A DNA stretch of 64,000 bases from the human T2T-CHM13v2.0 reference genome, Homo sapiens. Made by a program: the position numbers and the translations under genes. Below are positions 54,734 to 64,000 of this stretch, in pieces. Within the stretch, counting starts at the first letter, position 1. The number at the start of each line of letters is the position of its first letter. The notes beneath the pieces were generated by a model. It searched no databases. It was not told where the DNA came from and worked only from the letters and a program-made list of their open reading frames with translations. The DNA lies in the NCBI RefSeq assembly GCF_009914755.1, contig NC_060935.1; one strand, written 5' to 3'.

Positions 54734-57700
54734 TCTAGAATCTGCAAGTGGACATTTGGAGGGCTTTGAGGCCTGTGGTGGAAAAGGAAAATCTTCACAT
54801 AAAAACTAGATGGAAGCATTCTCAGAAACTACTTTGTGATGATTGCATTCGACTCACAGAGTTGAACATTCCTATAGATAGAGCAGGTTGTAAACAATCT
54901 TTTTGTAGAATCTGCGATTGGAGATTTGGACTGCTTTGAGGCCTACTGTAGTAAAGGAAATAACTTCATCTAAAAACCAAACGGAAGCATTCACAGACAA
55001 TTCTTAGTGATCATTGGATTGAACTAACAGAGCTGAACATTCCTTTAGATGGAGCAGTTTCCAAACCCACTTTCTGTAGAATCTGCAAGTGGATATTTGG
55101 ACTTCTCTGAGGATTTCGTTGGAAACGGGATAAACTTCCCAGAACTACAGGGAAGCATTGTGAGAAACTTCTTTGTGATGTTTGCATTCAACTCACAGAG
55201 TTGAACCTTGCTTTCATAGTTCAGCTTTCAAACACTCTTTTTGTAGAATCTGCAAGTGGATATTTGGACCACTTTGTGGCCTTCCTTCGAAACGGGTATA
55301 TCTTCACATCAAACCTAGACAGAAGCATTCTCAGAATGTTTCCTGTGATGACTGCATTCAACTCACAGAGGTGAACAATCCTGTTGATGGAGCAGTTTTG
55401 AAACTCTCTTTCTTTGGATTCTGCAAGTGGATATGTGGACCTCTGTGAAGATTTCGTTGGAAACGGGTTCATCTTCACAGAAAAACTAAACAGAAGCATT
55501 CTCAGAAACTGCTTTGTGATGTTTGTGTTCCACTTCAGGAATTGAACTTTCCTCTTGACAGAGCAGCTCTGAAACCCTCTTATTCTAGAATCTGCAAGTG
55601 GACATTTGGAGGGCTTTGAGGCCTGTGGTGGAAAAGGAAAATCTTCACATAAAAACTAGATGGAAGCATTCTCAGAAACTACTTTGTGATGATTGCATTC
55701 GACTCACAGAGTTGAACATTCCTATAGATAGAGCAGGTTGTAAACAATCTTTTTGTAGAATCTGCGATTGGAGATTTGGACTGCTTTGAGGCCTACTGTA
55801 GTAAAGGAAATAACTTCATCTAAAAACCAAACGGAAGCATTCACAGACAATTCTTAGTGATCATTGGATTGAACTAACAGAGCTGAGCATTCCTTTAGAT
55901 GGAGCAGTTTCCAAACCCACTTTCTGTAGAATCTGCAAGTGGATATTTGGACTTCTCTGAGGATTTCGTTGGAAACGGGATAAACTTCCCAGAACTACAG
56001 GGAAGCATTGTGAGAAACTTCTTTGTGATGTTTGCATTCAACTCACAGAGTTGAACCTTGCTTTCATACTTCAGCTTTCAAACACTCTTTTTGTAGAATC
56101 TGCAAGTGGATATTTGGACCACTTTGTGGCCTTCCTTCGAAACGGGTATATCTTCACATCAAACCTAGACAGAAGCATTCTCAGAATGTTTCCTGTGAAG
56201 ACTGCATTCAACTCACAGAGATGAACAATCCTGTTGATGGAGCACTTTGGAAACTCTCTTTCTTGGGATTCTGCAAGTTGATATGTGGACCTCTGTGAAG
56301 ATTTCGTTGGAAACGGGTTCATCTTCACAGAAAAACTAAACAGAAACATTCTCAAAAACTACTTTGTGATGTTTGTGTTCCACTTCAAGAATTGAACTTT
56401 CCTCTTGACAGAGCAGCTCTGAAAACCTCTTTTTCTAGAATCTGCAAGTGGACATTTGGAGGGCTTTGAGGCCTGTGGTGGAAAAGGAAAATCTTCACAT
56501 AAAAACTAGATGGAAGCATTCTCAGAAACTACTTTGTGATGATTGCATTCGACTCACAGAGTTGAACATTCCTATAGATAGAGCAGGTTGTAAACAATCT
56601 TTTTGTAGAATCTGCGATTGGAGATTTGGACTGCTTTGAGGCCTACTGTAGTAAAGGAAATAACTTCATCTAAAAACCAAACGGAAGCATTCACAGACAA
56701 TTCTTAGTGATCATTGCATTGAACTAACAGAGCTGAACATTCCTTTAGATGGCGCAGTTTCCAAACACACTTTCTGTAGAATTTGCAAGTGGATATTTGG
56801 ACCTCTCGGAGGATTTCGTTGGAAACGGGATAAACTTCCCAGAACTACACGGAAGCATTCTGAGAAACTTCTTTGTGATGTTTGCATTCAACTCACAGAG
56901 TTGAACCTTGCTTTCATAGTTCAGCTTTCAAACACTCTTTTTGTAGAATCTGCAAGTGGATATTTGGACCACTTTGTGGCCTTCCTTCGAAACGGGTATA
57001 TCTTCACATCAAACCTAGACAGAAGCATTCTCAGAATGTTTCCTGTGATGACTGCATTCAACTCACAGAGGTGAACAATCCTGCTGATGGAGCAGTTTTG
57101 AAACCCTCTTTCTTTGGATTCTGCAAGTTGATATGTGGACCTCTGTGAAGATTTCGTTGGAAACGGGTTCATCTTCACAGAAAAACTAAACAGAAGCATT
57201 CTCAGAAACTGCTTTGTGATGTTTGTGTTCCACTTCAGGAATTGAACTTTCCTCTTGACAGAGCAGCTCTGAAACCCTCTTATTCTAGAATCTGCAAGTG
57301 GACATTTGGAGGGCTTTGAGGCCTGTGGTGGAAAAGGAAAATCTTCACATAAAAACTAGATGGAAGCATTCTCAGAAACTACTTTGTGATGATTGCATTC
57401 GACTCACAGAGTTGAACATTCCTATAGATAGAGCAGGTTGTAAACAATCTTTTTGTAGAATCTGCGATTGGAGATTTGGACTGCTTTGAGGCCTACTGTA
57501 GTAAAGGAAATAACTTCATCTAAAAACCAAACGGAAGCATTCACAGACAATTCTTAGTGATCATTGGATTGAACTAACAGAGCTGAACATTCCTTTAGAT
57601 GGAGCAGTTTCCAAACCCACTTTCTGTAGAATCTGCAAGTGGATATTTGGACTTCTCTGAGGATTTCGTTGGAAACGGGATAAACTTCCCAGAACTACAC

Positions 57701-60700
57701 GGAAGCATTGTGAGAAACTTCTTTGTGATGTTTGCATTCAACTCACAGAGTTGAACCTTGCTTTCATAGTTCAGCTTTCAAACACTCTTTTTGTAGAATC
57801 TGCAAGTGGATATTTGGACCACTTAGTGGGCTTCCTTCGAAACGGGTATATCTTCACATCAAACCTAGACAGAAGCATTCTCAGAATGTTTCCTGTGATG
57901 ACTGCATTCAACTCACAGAGGTGAACAATCCTGTTGATGGAGCAGTTTTGAAACTCTCTTTCTTTGGATTCTGCAAGTGGATATGTGGACCTCTGTGAAG
58001 ATTTCGTTGGAAACGTGTTCATCTTCACAGAAAAACTAAACAGAAGCATTCTCAGAAACTGCTTTGTGATGTTTGTGTTCCACTTCAGGAATTGAACTTT
58101 CCTCTTGACAGAGCAGCTCTGAAACCCTCTTATTCTAGAATCTGCAAGTGGACATTTGGAGGGCTTTGAGGCCTGTGGTGGAAAAGGAAAATCTTCACAT
58201 AAAAACTAGATGGAAGCATTCTCAGAAACTACTTTGTGATGATTGCATTCGACTCACAGAGTTGAACATTCCTATAGATAGAGCAGGTTGTAAACAATCT
58301 TTTTGTAGAATCTGCGATTGGAGATTTGGACTGCTTTGAGGCCTACTGTAGTAAAGGAAATAACTTCATCTAAAAACCAAACGGAAGCATTCACAGACAA
58401 TTCTTAGTGATCATTGCATTGAACTAACAGAGCTGAACATTCCTTTAGATGGAGCAGTTTCCAAACACACTTTCTGTAGAATCTGCAAGTGGATATTTGG
58501 ACTTCTCTGAGGATTTCGTTGGAAACGGGATAAACTTCCCAGAACTACACGGAAGCATTGTGAGAAACTTCTTTGTGATGTTTGCATTCAACTCACAGAG
58601 TTGAACCTTGCTTTCATAGTTCAGCTTTCAAACACTCTTTTTGTAGAATCTGCAAGTGGATATTTGGACCACTTTGTGGCCTTCCTTCGAAACGGGTATA
58701 TATCTTCACATCAAACCTAGACAGAAGCATTCTCAGAATGTTTCCTGTGAAGACTGCATTCAACTCACAGACATGAACAATCCTGTTGATGGAGCACTTT
58801 GGAAACTCTCTTTCTTGGGATTCTGCAAGTTGATATGTGGACCTCTGTGAAGATTTCGTTGGAAACGGGTTCATCTTCACAGAAAAACTAAACAGAAGCA
58901 TTCTCAAAAACTACTTTGTGATGTTTGTGCTCCACTTCAAGAACTGAACTTTCCTCTTGACAGAGCAGCTCTGAAAATCTCTTTTTCTACAATCTGCAAG
59001 TGGACATTTGGAGGGCTTTGAGGCCTGTGGTGGAAAAGGAAAATCTTCACATAAAAACTAGATGGAAGCATTCTCAGAAACTACTTTGTGATGATTGCAT
59101 TCGACTCACAGAGTTGAACATTCCTATAGATAGAGCAGGTTGTAAACAATCTTTTTGTAGAATCTGCGATTGGAGATTTGGACTGCTTTGAGGCCTACTG
59201 TAGTAAAGGAAATAACTTCATCTAAAAACCAAACGGAAGCATTCACAGACAATTCTTAGTGATCATTGCATTGAACTAACAGAGGTGAACATTCCTTTAG
59301 ATGGAGCAGTTTCCAAACACAATTTCTGTAGAATCTGCAAGTGGATATTTGGACCTCTCTGAGGATTTCGTTGGAAACGGGATAAACATCCCAGAACTAC
59401 ACGGAAGCATTGTGAGAAAATTCTTTGTGATGTTTGCATTCAACTCACAGAGTTGAACCTTGCTTTCATAGTTCAGCTTAAAAACACTCTTTTTGTAGAA
59501 TCTGCAAGTGGATATTTGGACCACTTTGTGGCCTTCCTTCGAAACGGGTATATCTTCACATCAAACCTAGACAGAAGCATTCTCAGAATGTTTCCTGTGA
59601 TGACTGCATTCAACTCACAGAGGTGAACAATCCTGTTGATGGAGCAGTTTTGAAACTCTCTTTCTTTGGATTCTGCAAGTGGATATGTGGACCTCTGTGA
59701 AGATTTCGTTGGAAACGGGTTCATCATCACAGAAAAACTAAACAGGAGCATTCTCAGAAACTGCTTTGTGATGTTTGTGTTCCACTTAAAGAATTGAACT
59801 TTCCTCTTGACAGAGCAGCTCTGAAACCCTCTTTTTCTAGAATCTGCAAGTGGACATTTGGAGGGCTTTGAGGCCTGTGGTGGAAAAGGAAAATCTTCAC
59901 ATAAAAACTTTATGGAAGCATTCTCAGAAACTTCTTTGTGATGATTGCATTCGACTCACAGAGTTGAACATTCCTATAGATAGAGCAGGTTATAAACAAT
60001 CTTTTTGTAGAATCTGCGATTGGAGATTTGGACTGCTTTGAGGCCTACTGTAGTAAAGGAAATAACTTCATCTAAAAACCAAACGGAATCATTCACAGAC
60101 AATTCTTAGTGATCATTGCATTGAACTAACAGAGCTGAACATTCCTTTAGATGGAGCAGTTTCCAAACACACTTTCTGTAGAACCTGCAAGTGGATATTT
60201 GGACCTCTCTGAGGATTTCGTTGGAAACGGGATAAACTTCCCAGAACTACACGGAAGCATTCTGAGAAACTTCTTTGTGATGTTTGCATTCAACTCACAG
60301 AGTTGAACCTTGCTTTCATAGTTCAGCTTTCAAACACTCTTTTTGTAGAATCTGCAAGTGGATATTTGGACCACTTTGTGGCCTTCCTTCGAAACGGGTA
60401 TATCTTCACATCAAACCTAGACAGAAGCATTCTCAGAATGTTTCCTGTGATGACTGCATTCAACTCACAGAGGTGAACAATCCTGCTGATGGAGCAGTTT
60501 TGAAACTCTCTTTCTTTGGATTCTGCAAGTGGATATGTGGACCTCTGTGAAGATTTCGTTGGAAACGGGTTCATCTTCACAGAAAAACTAAACAGAAACA
60601 TTCTCACAAACTGCTTTGTGATGTTAGTATTCCACTTCAGGAATTGAACTTTCCTCTTGACAGAGCAGCTCTGAAACTCTCTTATTCTAGAATCTGCAAG

Positions 60701-63700
60701 TGGACATTTGGAGGGCTTTGAGGCCTGTGGTGGAAAAGGAAAATCTTCACATAAAAACTAGATGGAAGCATTCTCAGAAACTACTTTGTGATGATTGCAT
60801 TCGACTCACAGAGTTGAACATTCCTATAGATAGAGCAGGTTGTAAACAATCTTTTTGTAGAATCTGCGATTGGAGATTTGGACTGCTTTGAGGCCTACTG
60901 TAGTAAAGGAAATAACTTCATCTAAAAACCAAACGGAAGCATTCACAGACAATTCTTAGTGATCATTGGATTGCACTAACAGAGCTGAACATTCCTTTAG
61001 ATGGAGCAGTTTCCAAACCCACTTTCTGTAGAATCTGCAAGTGGATATTTGGACTTCTCTGAGGATTTCGTTGGAAACGGGATAAACTTCCCAGAACTAC
61101 AGGGAAGCATTGTGAGAAACTTCTTTGTGATGTTTGCATTCAACTCACAGAGTTGAACCTTGCTTTCATAGTTCAGCTTTCAAACACTCTTTTTGTAGAA
61201 TCTGCAAGTGGATATTTGGACCACTTTGTGGCCTTCCTTCGAAACGGGTATATCTTCACATCAAACCTAGACAGAAGCATTCTCAGAATGTTTCCTGTGA
61301 TGACTGCATTCAACTCACAGAGGCGAACAATCCTGTTGATGGAGCAGTTTTGAAACTCTCTTTCTTTGGATTCTGCAAGTGGATATGTGGACCTCTGTGA
61401 AGATTTCGTTGGAAACGGGTTCATCTTCACAGAAAAACTAAACAGAAGCATTCTCAGAAACTGCTTTGTGATGTTTGTGTTCCACTTCAGGAATTGAACT
61501 TTCCTCTTGACAGAGCAGCTCTGAAACCCTCTTATTCTAGAATCTGCAAGTGGACATTTGGAGGGCTTTGAGGCCTGTGGTGGAAAAGGAAAATCTTCAC
61601 ATAAAAACTAGATGGAAGCATTCTCAGAAACTACTTTGTGATGATTGCATTCGACTCACAGAGTTGAACATTCCTATAGATAGAGCAGGTTGTAAACAAT
61701 CTTTTTGTAGAATCTGCGATTGGAGATTTGGACTGCTTTGAGGCCTACTGTAGTAAAGGAAATAACTTCATCTAAAAACCAAACGGAAGCATTCACAGAC
61801 AATTCTTAGTGATCATTGCATTGAACTAACAGAGCTGAACATTCCTTTAGATGGAGCAGTTTCCAAACCCACTTTCTGTAGAATCTGCAAGTGGATATTT
61901 GGACTTCTCTGAGGATTTCGTTGGAAACGGGATAAACTTCCCAGAACTACAGGGAAGCATTGTGAGAAACTTCTTTGTGATGTTTGCATTCAACTCACAG
62001 AGTTGAACCTTGCTTTCATAGTTCAGCTTTCAAACACTCTTTTTGTAGAATCTGCAAGTGGATATTTGGACCACTTTGTGGCCTTCCTTCGAAACGGGTA
62101 TATCTTCACATCAAACCTAGACAGAAGCATTCTCAGAATGTTTCCTGTGATGACTGCATTCAACTCACAGAGGTGAACAATCCTGCTGATGGAGCAGTTT
62201 TGAAACTCTCTTTCTTTGGATTCTGCAAGTGGATATGTGGACCTCTGGGAAGATTTCGTTGGAAACGGGTTCATCTTCACAGAAAAACTAAACAGGAGCA
62301 TTCTCAGAAACTGCTTTGTGATGTTTGTGTTCCACTTAAAGAATTGAACTTTCCTCTTGACAGAGCAGCTCTGAAACCCTCTTTTTCTAGAATCCGCAAG
62401 TGGACATTTGGAGGGCTTTGAGGCCTGTGGTGGAAAAGGAAAATCTTCACATAAAAACTAGATGGAAGCATTCTCAGAAACTACTTTGTGATGATTGCAT
62501 TCGACTCACAGAGTTGAACATTCCTATAGATAGAGCAGGTTGTAAACAATCTTTTTCTAGAATCTGCGATTGGAGATTTGGACTGCTTTGAGGCCTACTG
62601 TAGTAAAGGAAATAACTTCATCTAAAAACCAAACGGAAGCATTCACAGACAATTCTTAGTGATCATTGCATTGAACTAACAGAGCTGAACATTCCTTTAG
62701 ATGGCGCAGTTTCCAAACACACTTTCTGTAGAATTTGCAAGTGGATATTTGGACCTCTCTGAGGATTTCGTTGGAAACGGGATAAACTTCCCAGAACTAC
62801 ACGGAAGCATTGTGAGAAACTTCTTTGTGATGTTTGCATTCAACTCACAGAGTTGAACCTTGCTTTCATAGTTCAGCTTTCAAACACTCTTTTTGTAGAA
62901 TCTGCAAGTGGATATTTGGACCACTTTGTGGCCTTCCTTCGAAACGGGTATATCTTCACATCAAACCTAGACAGAAGCATTCTCAGAATGTTTCCTGTGA
63001 AGACTGCATTCAACTCACAGAGATGAACAATCCTGTTGATGGAGCACTTTGGAAACTCTCTTTCTTGGGATTCTGCAAGTTGATATGTGGACCTCTGTGA
63101 AGATTTCGTTGGAAACGGGTTCATCTTCACAGAAAAACTAAACAGAAGCATTCTCAGAAACTACTTTGTGATGTTTGTGTTCCACTTCAAGAATTGAACT
63201 TTCCTCTTGACAGAGCAGCTCTGAAAACCTCTTTTTCTAGAATTTGCAAGTGGACATTTGGAGGGCTTTGAGGCCTGTGGTGGAAAAGGAAAATCTTCAC
63301 ATAAAAACTAGATGGAAGCATTCTCAGAAACTACTTTGTGATGATTGCATTCGACTCACAGAGTTGAACATTCCTATAGATAGAGCAGGTTGTAAACAAT
63401 CTTTTTGTAGAATCTGCGATTGGAGATTTGGACTGCTTTGAGGCCTACTGTAGTAAAGGAAATTACTTCATCTAAAAACCAAACGGAAGCATTCACAGAC
63501 AATTCTTAGTGATCATTGCATTGAACTAACAGAGCTGAACATTCCTTTAGATGGAGCAGTTTCCAAACCAACTTTCTGTAGAATCTGCAAGTGGATTTTT
63601 GGACTTCTCTGAGGATTTCGTTGGAAACGGGATAAACTTCCCAGAACTACACGGAAGCATTGTGAGAAACTTCTTTGTGATGTTTGCATTCAACTCACAG

Positions 63701-64000
63701 AGTTGAACCTTGTTTTCATAGTTCAGCTTTCAAACACTCTTTTTGTAGAATCTGCAATTGGATATTTTGACCACTTTGTGGCCTTCCTTCGAAACGGGTA
63801 TATCTTCACATCAAACCTAGACAGAAGCATTCTCAGAATGTTTCCTGTGATGACTGCATTCAACTCACAGAGGTGAACAATCCTGCTGATGGAGCAGTTT
63901 TGAAACTCTCTTTCTTTGGATTCTGCAAGTGGATATGTGGACCTCTGTGAAGATTTCGTTGGAAACGGGTTCATCTTCACAGAAAAACTAAACAGAAGCA

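Larger units (their letters stand above)
1..64000 (+). repeat. Alpha-satellite HOR array, 850-bp pentamer (SF3, W1-W5), about 75.3 copies; most likely human chr11 D11Z1 (S3C11H1L)
   Basis: Seen: the same sequence recurs every 850 bp (ORF-track starts 352, 1202, 2052...). It has an internal ~171-bp sub-period with alphoid motifs (CATTCTCAGAAAC, GAATCTGCAAGTGGATATTTGG, CENP-B boxes). Established: an 850-bp XbaI pentamer is the D11Z1 unit. The other SF3 arrays (DXZ1 12-mer, D17Z1 16-mer, chr1 11-mer) have longer units. Alpha-satellite identity is essentially certain; the chromosome assignment is from memory, not a search. Confidence 0.95.
38400..64000 (+). repeat. Right HOR-haplotype domain (848-852-bp units)
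   Basis: All indels are here. The alleles CATTGCATTG, CTCTTATTCT, CACTTAAAG and AAACTTTATGG were seen only here. Confidence 0.85.

Noticed and set aside
352-63980. About 220 short ORFs (63-145 aa) on both strands recurring every 850 bp
   Set aside because: They are translations of alpha satellite. Most start at GTG/TTG, they contain internal 57-aa monomer echoes, they overlap on opposite strands, they show no recognisable domain, and they are freely broken by stops and frameshifts. There is no evidence of coding function.
1-64000. CRISPR-like or other repeat-spacer system
   Set aside because: There are no unique spacers. The whole sequence is repeated, and no cas-like or other genes are present.
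1-64000. Retroelement insertions, inversions or monomer-deletion HOR variants
   Set aside because: None were seen. The phase is accounted for to within 2 bp over 74 HORs, and all boxes are on the + strand.
1-64000. Assignment to DXZ1, D17Z1 or the chr1 SF3 array
   Set aside because: Near-identity recurs at 850 bp (5-mer), not at about 2.0 kb, 2.7 kb or 1.9 kb.
1-64000. Claim that this window is the CENP-A/kinetochore (CDR) site
   Set aside because: This is defined epigenetically and cannot be read from the sequence alone.
1-64000. A previously undescribed biological system or a 'code' in the SNP pattern
   Set aside because: The variant pattern is adequately explained by known satellite turnover (duplication, unequal exchange, conversion, CpG decay). 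Nothing in the sequence supports a new system.

Overview
The whole 64 kb window is one uninterrupted, head-to-tail primate (human-type) centromeric alpha-satellite array. It holds about 75 copies of an 850-bp higher-order repeat (HOR) made of five diverged monomers (171+171+170+171+167 bp), with one XbaI site per HOR and a B-B-B-A-A box arrangement. This matches the suprachromosomal family 3 (W1-W5) pentamer and, from established knowledge, the chromosome 11 active array D11Z1 (S3C11H1L). I see no genes, RNA genes, CRISPR arrays, transposons, inversions or monomer-deletion HOR variants. The listed ORFs are artefacts of the repeat, and I found no new gene-encoded system. The informative structure lies in the variation between copies. 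There is a sharp HOR-haplotype boundary at about 37.8-38.5 kb: the left side has no indels and the right side has all 10. There are nested super-HOR duplications (offsets of 1700/3400, 4250, 5100, 6800, 9350, 2549, 1699, 2552, 5952 and 8504 bp), a mappable chimeric HOR, and a stepwise decay series inside one CENP-B box lineage. All comparisons were made by eye, so block edges are approximate.
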